Source: Marsupella aquatica (taxonomy: Eukaryota > Plantae > Marchantiophyta). From it: a stretch of 64,000 nt of DNA. The stretch covers positions 9,869,525 to 9,933,524 of the forward strand of contig OZ316896.1 of NCBI GenBank assembly GCA_973895155.1, read 5' to 3'. The translations under genes were made by a program, and so were the position numbers. This document shows, in pieces, positions 49,428 to 60,339 of the stretch; within the stretch, counting starts at the first letter, position 1, and every line of letters starts with the position of its first letter. The notes below the pieces were generated by a model that saw only the letters and a program-made list of their open reading frames with translations, made no database searches and was not told the DNA's origin.

Positions 49428-50648
49428 TTCATGCCCCGGATTTCTTATCATGGAATTGGCCACCTCCTTTACATGGTCTGCATTCAACATTCTATAACAG
49501 AGTCTTGCCGATGCAGGGAAAATACTGTCTACGGGAATAGAAAATATTGAATTAATCCCAAACGTATAATATTGCTCCATTTGTTGCAGTACCTCATTAC
49601 CTTCTAAGACCTTCTTCTCCTCAGGAGCGTCCAACTGCTCGTCCACATCTTGTGAATGCACTGTCAGGTTTTCTGTAGTGTCATCCATGATGGCACTGTC
49701 AATTTTCTGTTTCTTCTTCTGTCTTGGCCTCTTTTCACTTGCACTCGGCTTCTCAACCGGACGTTTCTTCTCAACTGGCTTCTCAACTCGGCTTCTCGTA
49801 CTCGACTTCTCGTACTCGGCTTCTCAACTGGCTTCTCAACCGGAGGTTTCCTTTGTCTTTGTTTTTGTTTTCCCACTGCTCTTTGAGAGGTCGCTGCTGT
49901 AGTTCCTGCGGTCTCTGTTGTAGGTTTTGGAGCTTTCTCTGGCGCTTGCTCGGGCACAGGGTTTGTATTCACCGCTGGAAGCTTTCTCATCTTGGACAAA
50001 GATTCTATCCATTGCTTTGCTTTGACTAAATCAAACTTGGGAGCAAATGCAACATCCTTATCAATTAAAACACCAGGCTCCTCCGCCTCCAACGATAACA
50101 ATCCAGCTTTCTCAAGTAAATTGCTTAACGTCCAGGTAGTTGCAAAAGAAAAATTGCTTTGGTGCTTCATCATGTTGAGTTTCAAATATTGAAACCCATA
50201 CATAATGTCGACTGGAAGCATACCAGTTACCCCGATGACCAACTTCTTTGTGTCATAGGTCTTTGGAAAAAATCCCATTGACAAAACGCTCAATTCCCCA
50301 CTTGCGTGCCATTCGACATTGAATTCAGAGGAGTATGCCTTTGACAAAAGGTTAACTTTAACCCAACAAGACCTATCGTGCATCTCGAGAATGACCGAAT
50401 TCATCCCTCTCCCTCCAATGCCAACAGAGACCATAGGTCCGCAAACAAAAGTCAGGCTATCATTTTCTCTACACTTTAAGGTCAAAATAGGTTCAATCGT
50501 GGTTGATGGCACTTCATTATTGAGCGGGTTTCTTGAGAACTCAAGCCCCATCAAAAGCGTGGGGATCTCTCATCTAGTAAGAATCCATCCAGGCAGTGGG
50601 TCGGTGCAATCGCGAGTTTGAAAACAACAAGATTGCTCCCTGCCCCTG

Positions 50649-51942
50649 GGCCCTCAGCGTTACTAATGCAGGGAGGACGTGCGAACAATGCAAGGGTATT
50701 TTTAATGTAATGCAAACTAATTTTTATAATATTTTTTAAAGTAGGCAACATCCATGTATATACATTCATCACAATATTAGTAATAAGGCTCTTATCAAAT
50801 ACATGTCACATTAATCTTATGCAAGGGTACCTAAAATGCCAAGGACACGTGTCACTATATGGTTGGCACACATGTCATCACTTCATTGGCACACATGTCC
50901 ATATAGTAAATCAGACATTTAATTATTTATCCTCTTAAGGCAAGTTTGGTTTCATGGGCTTGCATGGTAGACTTGTTTACCCGCATGTGTTAAGTTGGGA
51001 GTTAAGTAAATGTTGGGCCAGGATTTTGGGGCCCAACTCCTTTGGGGTTCTGGGATTGATGGGGACCCATGAATCAATCCCACATAGACAAACAAGATTA
51101 CTTTTGAATTCCCTCAAATCAAATGGCCAGGTATGAGGCCAGGTGTGTTTGTGTGTGGGGTGGTGTACTCCCTTGATCCGAGCCTTGATCATTGGGTTGG
51201 GGGGGGTACCCGGTGCTCACAGTTGTTTGATTGTAGAGATGGCAGGAAAATTACCCACCATGTCTAAGTAACAATTTCAGCCAAAGGAGATTTGATGGTA
51301 TTACTCTCCACAATTTTCAGTAGTCATTTTTTGTATTATTATTACTTTGTGTCTAGAATATATATGATTAATGTGTGGTTTGATGTGTCAGGTTGCATGA
51401 AAGAAGTTGTCAAAAACTCTACTTATCATTTGGTGTTAATGGTTGATGTCATACCATTCTTAGTCAAGATAGAATAATTTAGCAATTGGAGTTTACATAA
51501 GTAGTATATATGCAATTATTCCTCCAAGGATATAGCATAGCATAATAATGCCTTTGTACTAGTTCAGTTTATCTCTATGAGGTCTACAAGTTGCCTGAGT
51601 TATAGTCATATACTCTAGGAAGAACTATAAATCTTTAGTACTAATTTTGTTATGATCTATATAAAATATGTACCGTGAACATCAGCGTAACATAATATTC
51701 CCCTCTGCAAAATAGAATCTTTTATGTTTCAGTATGATATTCACAATTTTTAAAAATTCAAGGGTTTTTTTAATTCTTTGAAAAACCCTGTTATAATTTA
51801 CAAAAGGATAAATTTTTATAGGAAAAAATAATGTTTTTACATTAACAAGGGATTTGTTTTTGTGAACAAAAATATTAAGAAGGGGTACACGGGGGGTGTC
51901 TGTTCTCAGGGGGGTTCACTTAATATAGTAAGAGTGAGGGCC
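50649..51942. mobile_element. Non-autonomous TIR element, copy 2 (inverted relative to copy 1, ~275 bp longer)
   Basis: Both ends are reverse complements of the ends of 45135-46153; CCCTG / CAGGG flanks. Confidence 0.8.
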
Positions 51943-52015
51943 CAGGGGAGAGATCCAGGAGTTTATGCACACTTTAGTGTCATTGGCCTTTGGCCAGGAG
52001 ATGCTAATTTCACAG

Positions 52016-53036
52016 TGATTTTTCTATGAGAGATAATGTACCAATATTTCAGTATAAGTCCCATGTAAAGCAAGCTTGGGCTCCAGTTGGTGGAAGGTGC
52101 ATTTGGGCAACAGATCTGGCAACAAATTCTCTTCTTTTACCTAGTGGAGAGCCCTTAGCTAAATCCATTGGAGAGATACACAAAAACTCTGAAGAGATTA
52201 TCCCATTTCTTAACAAGTACCTTGATTTTTTGAGAAGGAGTTGCACTGATGAGACATCTATAGCATATAAGGAAAGATTTCCTTTTGTGAAATATTGGGA
52301 GAGAATTGTGGAGTTGTTGACAAATGGGCTTGCACTAGAAGGGGAGGGAAGTACTCAATTTCCCTTGAAAAACAGATTTTGGCCTAAGACTAACCACGGC
52401 ACTGGTTACAAGGTCAACCAACCGGAACAAAGTGGTCCTCCAAGTGAAGATGAGGAGAATGCAGAGATGACGGCTCTTCAAAATGAGGTCTTGGAAGAGA
52501 TGGCAGATCAAGCAGCACCATTTGTTGGATCTCGAGCTGAGAGAGAACAAGGACGATGGATTCCTTTGCAGGATATTTGTGAAGGAAACTTTGTATTTCT
52601 TCGACCCGAGGATGATTGGGAGAATAAAAATGGTGGAGGTCATTTCTGGGTGGTGAGAGCTTTGGGTTTGGTGGACCCAAAGCATGAAGTCCCAACTACA
52701 TCTTCAACAAACTCTTCTCTGCCTCGACAGTACGCTCCAATGTTCCCAATTGAATGGTGGAGGCCTAAACACTCTAAACTTGATGTGACTGAGAGTGCGT
52801 GGTATCTAAATTGTTTCATGTCCACTAAGACATGGGAACGAGATCCAGGGTTTGGTGAGAATACTCAACATTGGCAGTATGCAAATTTTGCAATGTATGG
52901 TTTTAAATCTGGAATGAAAAAAAAAAAACATGGCGGGCAGAGGTTTGAAGATCCCTCAAAATGTTCTACAAACTGTCCAAAATTATCTTCAAAGGATGGA
53001 CAAGTAGACTTAGTTGTTAGAAGCTATAATAATTAA
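52016..53036 (+). pseudogene. 5'-truncated last exon of a putative transposase (C-terminal part), frameshifted in the A-run at ~52920
   Basis: Acceptor CTAAT..CACAG at 52015; FSMRDNVPIFQYK..W.P and GNFVFLRP..FWVVRA..IEWWRP resemble C-termini of DNA-transposon proteins (possibly DUF7869 type); no catalytic core present. Confidence 0.4.
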
Positions 53037-53259
53037 ATAGATAGTTACTAGTTTTTATGTAACTAAGATAGTCACTCATTCAAACATAATAATTTATGTA
53101 CTAGTTATTTATTATTCTAATAGTTTTAATCTGATACTATCTCCTCATTTTCTAAACTTTTGATCATTATGAATATGAATGTTTGCTTTTTCTACATAAT
53201 TAAAAATATTTTTCTATTCATTCCTTTCTTTTAAATGATTATAAGAAGAGTTGGTAGGC

Positions 53260-53583
53260 AAATGTACACTTTTTAGGCCAAATGTACACTTTGTTGCACT
53301 AAAAGTTACACTTTCTAGACCAAATGCACTTAAATGTACACTTTTTAAGCCAAATATATGCATTTTTCACTCAAATATACACTTTCTAGGCCAAATGTAC
53401 TCAAATGTACACTTTTAAAGCCAAATGTACCTATTTTGATGTTCAAATTTACACTTTTCATTGCCCAAATGTACACTCTTTAGGCCAATTATACACTTTT
53501 CTATCCCCAAATGTACACTTTTCATTGGCCAAATGTACACTTTTCCAAGCCCAAAAGTACACTTTTCATTGCCCAAATGTACA
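53260..53583. repeat. AAATGTACACTT array (right)
   Basis: More than ten degenerate copies, most about 21 bp apart. Confidence 0.9.
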
Positions 53584-55492
53584 TAAATAAAATAATAATA
53601 CACTTTTAATGAATAGGCTGATTTGAAGCATTTGATACTCTTTTTGGTAGAACATCAACCTCGGGGGCCTCAATCCAAGGGGTGTCCCATATCACGCGCC
53701 AAGTTTTGGGGGAATAAACACCCTAAAAGTTAAGTCAATAATTTTTTTTTTTGGAATTTTTTTACCCCTAACGTAATGGAATATTCTAAGAATATTCCCA
53801 AATTTGATTAAAAAAACCCTATGATTCTTAGAATTCTCAAAATTGGATTAAAATAACCCTAATGTTCTTCCACAAAAATTTAAAAGTATTTCACTAAACC
53901 CAATAAAAAAACTCTATACTTATTCGCACGTGATGGGTAGGAAGAAAAGAAGTGAGGACCCCGGGACATCAACCAAATGAATACTCTATCAATCACGACT
54001 CTTAACCAAAGTACTAGTCTCTGTTTGAACACTAAGACTTTGTTTTGAAGAAGACATAACTCTTTTGGAAATAATGTGTTACCAGAACATAAACTCAATA
54101 GAGAATAAACATTTGATAGAACATCAACCACTACTGTATCAAAAAATCATGACTCTTAAACCATTACTCGTGGTATATAAGGAGCTATGGTATTGTATGA
54201 CCATTAATGTTGGGAAGGGCGCATAGGAACCCAGGATTGGGGAGGAGGATCAGATCTGATTTAAGCTGCCCAATGTTTCAGGCACTGGATACACTTGGGT
54301 ATGAGGACTGCAAGTAACCCAGAGCCCCTTATATTGTCTGGTAGTTGTGGCCCAAGTTGTGGGTTAACCAAAGTACTAGGCTTTGTTGGAACACTTAGAC
54401 TCTCTACATAGCAAGCAAGACTCAGTTGGAAAGAAGTGTTTCCAAAACATAAACCACAACTCCACAAAGGACAAGTAGATGGCACAAAGTCAATTGGGCC
54501 GGTGACAAAATGGTAGAGTCTTGGCTATGTTTCATATGACAAACTTGGGCTGGAGTGGGCAACAACATTGGGGGCTGGGACGGGCAGTGTATGGAGCCCC
54601 GAGAAAATGGGGAGCATTTACTTGATGTAGATTTAACATGGGTCTTTCGTAAATCTCATCAATTCTTGAAAAACTAGAAGTCATTGCATAAACTCAAATT
54701 TCACGTCATTGCATAAACTCAAATTTCATGGCATTGCATAAATTCTAAATCATTAGATGTAATTAAGTGAAGCATTTCTGTGTGCGTATTTGTGTGGAAC
54801 CCTTAGATGTAATTAATTGAATCAATTTTGTGTGGGAAAACTCTCTTAAGATTGTATGTTGGGATGCTAAAATTGTGCATAAAAGTAGTCAGCATCTGTG
54901 TCTCACTATTATATCTTAGATCATCCAATAGCTCAAGTTAGTGTTGTAAATAAAAAAAGTAGTCAGTGTCCCTACATCCTTGCAAAGGCATCAATTATGT
55001 GTAAAGTAGATTCAACCTGCTTTTGCAACAGTCAAACACATACCATAGTAAATGTACCTGCTAAAAAATGAGGGATCATGTGCTTACATTATAGAAAAGA
55101 AGGTGCAAGCCAATCTTGGCCCTTCACTTAAATAGAACTCTGGTGGTGTCAGATCCACCCAATATGGAATGTTGCCCTTTACTGGGCATTGTCAATCTCC
55201 AAAACCCAAAAACAGTATGAATGGTTTGTGATTGTCAACAGAAAAACATGGATATATCACACTGCCGAAAAGCCAAACCAGGAGACATGAACCCAATAAA
55301 GGGGGGAAGGGAAGGATCCCAAGAAGACCAAAGAGGCCCAACAAATCAAGGAGTATCCCACAAAAACAAAACGTAACAAAGAACAAACTTTGATTGGTTA
55401 AAACACCCCCATTGCCTCCCAACTGCCATCGCCTCTAGTACTCTTGAATTCTTGATGCTGTGCACTTGGGTCAGCCTGCTGAATCTGGTTAA

Positions 55493-55633
55493 GGTCAAGC
55501 AAGTCGAAAGACGAGGTTGTATATGATGAACCTGAATAAGGTCAAGCAAGTTGACAGATGAGGTTGTATATGATGAACCTGAATAAGGTCAAGCAAGTTG
55601 ACAGACTAGGGTGTATGTGATGAATCTGAATAA
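55493..55633. repeat. 47-bp tandem repeat, 3 copies
   Basis: GGTCAAGCAAGT.GA.AGA.GAGGTTGTATATGATGAACCTGAATAA starting at 55493, 55540 and 55587. Confidence 0.85.
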
Positions 55634-56040
55634 AGTAGGAAATAAGATCAAGCAGCCAAGTTGACAAAAGAATATATATATGAAGAGATTCTTTATCAAA
55701 AATAAATAAAAATTGCATATAATTATGTGGTTCACTCTTTTCACCTTATGATCATATTTACAATTAATACTTTGTTTAAGTTCATTGACCAGGAGTTCAT
55801 TGACTTTGTTCACTGGTCAAAACCCCAGGTACTATTCCCAGGATTTTCATTGACTTTGTTTGCAGGTCAAAACCCCATGAATGCACAGGTACTATTCCCA
55901 GGATTTTCATTTAATTTCTTCCTACCTGTCGTGCAAATAAATATAGGGTATTTAAATTTAATTTAATGAAAAAAATACATTTAATTTGTGGAAGAATATT
56001 AGAACTATTTTAATCCAGTTTTGAGAAGTATAATAATTTC

Positions 56041-56172
56041 TGCCCAAGGAGGGTCTTGTGTCTAGTTAGCTAGTTGGTGAGGTAATGGCTCACCAAGGCC
56101 ACAATCAGTAGCTGGTCTGAGAAAATGATCAGTCACACTGGGACTGAGACATGGCCCAAACTCTTACAGGAG
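56041..56172 (+). pseudogene. Degenerate 16S rRNA fragment (plastid/cyanobacterial type; probable NUPT)
   Basis: TTAGCTAGTTGGTGAGGTAATGGCTCACCAAGG..AGTAGCTGGTCTGAGA..ATGATCAG.CACACTGGGACTGAGACA.GGCCCA.ACTC.TAC.GGAG matches the conserved 16S stretch ending at the 338F site. Confidence 0.88.
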
Positions 56173-57164
56173 ACATACCGTAGTCGTCATTAGGTTTGCG
56201 ATCACCGACCGCGAAACATTATTTTTAAGGCGTTTCCACCTGCCGCGATCCTGTGGGCGATTTTTTCCCAGCCGTCGATGATCCTAGTATCGATATATCA
56301 GTGTTTTTGCGTTTGCCTGCCCTAAACCCTTTGTTCGCGGCGCCATCTAGGTTTCTCTTCGTGTTCACGGTAGAGGGACCGATGAATGTTGTGTTCGCGG
56401 CAGCGATGGATTCCTTGGAGCTTTCGCGGTTTAGCGCGTCGATAGGGTTTGTTTGGAGATTTTGCGAGCAGCGGGAGTGAGATTGTTGCCGAATGGAAGG
56501 TTTGCGATTGTCAGGGCTGCTCATTTTGATCGTCGATGTGAATTGGTTAAATTTGGAGCTGAAGCGGGAGTTGAAGACCTTCATAGAATCAATCCTACCG
56601 TGTTTACGACCGTATCCAGCCCTTTAGTGTGCCGGTTACAATTTGAAGTCCCATAAGTGCTTGCATGTTTGATTCGTAGCTCCATTACTCTCTTCTTTCT
56701 AGGTACATTGTAGTGTACAATCTTTCTTGTTATACATTACAGGCATCTGAGGAAACAACGTTCATATTGGACAAGGTAAGTGCATCCGCATGAATTGAAA
56801 CGTAGGTAGTTACAAAACTTGTATTTCTTTCACATTCTTGAAGTGCAAGCTCTCTTTCGCATATGTGAATGTTGACGGCTGTTCACTGATTGAGTGCCGA
56901 ATTCTGATTGAATGCAAGCGTGAGGGGATTTGTAATTGAATTAGCAGCTATGGAGGGAAGGGCTGCAAGATGGCGAGGAAAAGAAGCGGGAGTAAGTGCT
57001 GCCTCAAACCTTCAATGGATTTGTGATGGTTCACAACGCCATCGATCATCGGCAAGGAATTAAATACCAAGGGATCGGCATACAAGCCGATTACGAGGGC
57101 AGAACAAATTGAGGCCCTATTAGAAGCCGAGAGAGCACAGCGGCCTGACTCTCAGGAGCAAGAG

Positions 57165-60100
57165 GTGGATGAGATGGACAGACACAATCCAGAGCCAAGG
57201 CAGGAAGGGGAGCCGACCACCAATTCAAAACCGAATAGACCGGCAAGGGGACAATCTATGGACACCAAGGACGGGACCGACTCGGCTACTCCAGCCGAGA
57301 TTCCAGTTTATGGAGGTATGAGATTAGAGAGACTGGAAGCCGAACTGGACCCGAATTTGAAGAAGCAGATTAATATGATCCAAGCACGGCAATATCAGAA
57401 GCTCGACTTAGGAGAGGGAAGAGAACTGAACTTAGGGAGAAACCTAGCACCTGAGCTCGAGAAAGAGATCAGTGACTTATTGATTGAATTTTAGGATGTG
57501 TTTGCATGGAGTCACCAAGATCTAAAGGGAGTAGATCCAACACTAGGGGAACATCGAATTGATCTCATGTTAGGAGCCAAATCATTTCGACAACCAATTC
57601 GAAGGATGAACCCGAAGTATTCCCTGCTGGTCAAAACAGAAATCGACAAACTAGTGGAAGCTGGATTCATCACTCCAGTCCTGCATTCAAACTGGGTGTC
57701 TCCAATTGTGATAGTTCCCAAGAAAGCTGGACCCGATGGTAAACCCAAGATCCGGGTTTGTCAGGATTACAGGAAGCTGAATGAAGCAACATTAAAAGAC
57801 CATTTTCCTTTACCGTTTACTGATATGGTACTAGACATGGTAGCCAGTCATCAACTATATTCATTCATGGATGGATACTCTGGTTATAACCAAATCAGGA
57901 TTCGGCAGGAAGACCAAATCAAGACAGCCTTCATCACGGAATGGGGGATCTATGTCTTCAATCGTATGCCGTTTGGACTCTGCAACGCACCAGCTATGTT
58001 CCAACGATTAATGGTGAACATTTTTCATGATTACTTGAGAAAGTTCATGGAAATCTTCATTGACGACTTTGCAGTATTCGGGAAGGCATTGAAACATGCC
58101 AAATACCTCAGGAAAACCTTCATGAGATGTAGAGAGGTGGGTCTCAAGTTACACCCAGATAAATGTTTCTTTGTAGTAACCGAGGGGGTGCTACTAGGTC
58201 ACAAGGTATCAAGGAAGGGCATTGAGATTGACAAAGGTAAGCTAGCAGTATGGCTAGATATCATGCAACCTAAGAACATAAAGGATGTAAGATCCTTCTT
58301 GGGATGCATTGGTTACTATCGCCGGTTCATCAAGGATTTTGCCAAGCTAGCTTTACCATTAACCAACATGCTCAAGGCAGGAGCAGACTTCGAACCCACA
58401 CCCGAACGAGTCACAGCGGTGGTAGAATTGAAGCAGATGTTAGTAGAGGCCCCAGTCATGATAGCACCGGACTGGAACAAAGATTTTCATGTTTTTGTAG
58501 ATGTCTCGGGCTTCTGTATTGGCTCAGTACTAAGTCAGTTGGATGAGAAAGGAAGGGACCATCCCATATACTTCGCAAGCCGTCAGCTTGCCGATGCCGA
58601 ACGGAACTACTCTACCACGGAAAGAGAAGCATTAGGAGTCATTTATTCTTGTAAAAAGTTTAAGCATTATTTACTAGGGTACAAGGTAATCTTTCATACT
58701 GATCATGAAAGTTTGAAGTACCTAGTCAATAAGCCGGACCTTACAGGCAGAGTAGCAAGATGGATTTTGCTATTACAGGAGTTTGACTATGAGCTGAGGA
58801 TCAAGCCGGGAAAGTTACATGCCAATGCCGACTTCTTTTCAAGGATCACAGGTAAACCTGCCACGGATTGCATCGATGATCGATTCCCCGACGAGGAGCT
58901 ATTCATTGTGGAAATAGCTGGTACATGGTACCCTGAAATTTTACAATTTCTCAGCACTTCCAGATTACAGCCAGGATTAAGCCGAGAGCAAGCCGCAGTC
59001 TTTGTGCGGAAGGTCAGACAGTATCAGTGCATTAAAGGCATACTGCACAAGCATGGAATCAACGGCACGATTCAAAGGTGTTTGGAAAAGAGAGAGGTAA
59101 AACGAGTCCTACGGGCCATGCATGGAGAGGAGGCCGGAGGACATTTTGCCCTAGTAACCACGTCTAAGAAGATATTAAATGCTGGTTACTGGTGGCCCAC
59201 CTTGCACAAAGATGTCTATCAGTTTATCAAACAATGCGATCCTTGTCAACGAGCGGGAGGACCAAGGGCGTCCACCAGACATCCACTGCACCCTATTCTA
59301 CCTCTGGCACCATTCGAGAAGTGGGGTATTGATTACATTGGACCTCTGAAACCACTGACCCACCCTCGACGGAACAAGTACATAATCCTGGCTACGGATT
59401 ATGCAACTAAATGGGTAGAGGCCAGACCAACAACGAAGGATGATGCAATTACTACGGCTAGATTCATGTATGAGCAGATCTTCACCAGGTATGGAGCACC
59501 CCTGGAATTAGTTAGTGATAGAGGAACCCATTTTTTGAATGATATAATTAGTCGTTTAAATAAGCAGTATTTAGTTAAACATAGGCCTACTACTCCCTAC
59601 CATCCAAAGGCAAACGGGTTGACAGAACGAGCAAACGGAATTATAGGAAAGATATTGAACAAGATAGTAGCTCAGAACAAACTCGATTGGGATGATAAAT
59701 TGTTTGCTGCTATTTTTGCTTACAATCTTGCCTATAAATCCACTACCGGTCATACACCCTTCTTCTTAACCTTTGGACAAGAAGCCCTGGTACCCATGCA
59801 ACTTGAGATACCGACATTTCAAGTTACAATTGAGGAAAGAGCCTCAGCGGAGGAGAGCCTAAAGGAGCGAGAATATAGGTTAGAAGCTTTAGAGGAGGCG
59901 AGAATGATTTCAGCCGAGAGAGTAGAATATAGACAGAATATCATGAAGCAGCAGTATGATAAAAAGTTGAAAGTAGTTAGTATTCATACCGGTGATCTTG
60001 TGCTACTTTATGACAGTAGGTATAGTAGGTTTCCAGGAAAGCTTTACACTCGCTGGTTAGGACCCTTTAGAGTAACCATGATGTTCCCCAATGGCTCGGT

Positions 60101-60236
60101 ACAATTGGCCAACATTACGGGAGAGATATATCCAGTTCGCATCCATTATGACCGCCTCAAGAAATACTATATGGACGAAGATGAAGTTGTTCGCGAGGAC
60201 GCTTCACAATTAAGTGGGGAGCTATGTGATGCCTAG
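57165..60236 (+). pseudogene. Gypsy pol (RT, RNase H, integrase) with a stop at 57492
   Basis: MPFGLCNAP, FIDDF, ERNYS, GGHF..CDPC, GIDY..SDRG..TER, WLGPF. Confidence 0.95.
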
Positions 60237-60339
60237 ACAGGAATCACTCGGCCAGTTAAGTGGGTAAAGCAGGAAGGCACCCTAGGAACACCTTAGTATA
60301 GGGACAAAACAAGGAAAATATAAACCATTAGGGGCAACC

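Larger units (their letters stand above)
44369..50640 (-). pseudogene. Large fusion gene: N-terminal beta-rich domain, ParB/Srx-like domain, helical region, beta-class N4C/N6A DNA methyltransferase-like domain, acidic tail; broken by MITEs, stops and frameshifts; intron 48508-47779
   Basis: SIPVDSI..YRMLNADHVKEVANSM..FLAISGQHSARA (ParB-like); NPHAKPTRMIRRIIESLSEPGDLVLDFFCSG (MTase motifs X and I); frames rejoin when the insertions at 45135-46153 and 48952-49427 are removed. Confidence 0.7.
42031..54623. mobile_element. Putative large DNA transposon remnant carrying ParB-MTase, NIF phosphatase and transposase-like genes (boundaries approximate)
   Basis: Degenerate inverted arms 42282-42430 / 54501-54623; 27-bp inverted repeat 42706-42732 / 53597-53623 (one mismatch); AAATGTACACTT arrays inside both ends; two divergent gene blocks between them. 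Confidence 0.6.

Noticed and set aside
46154-50648. Inversion of the segment between the two inverted MITEs
   Set aside because: The flanks of the left MITE rejoin in frame (NLDAQGLDDR), so the segment is in its original orientation.
56041-56172. Functional rRNA gene
   Set aside because: Only ~130 bp, with substitutions at conserved positions and no flanking rRNA sequence.
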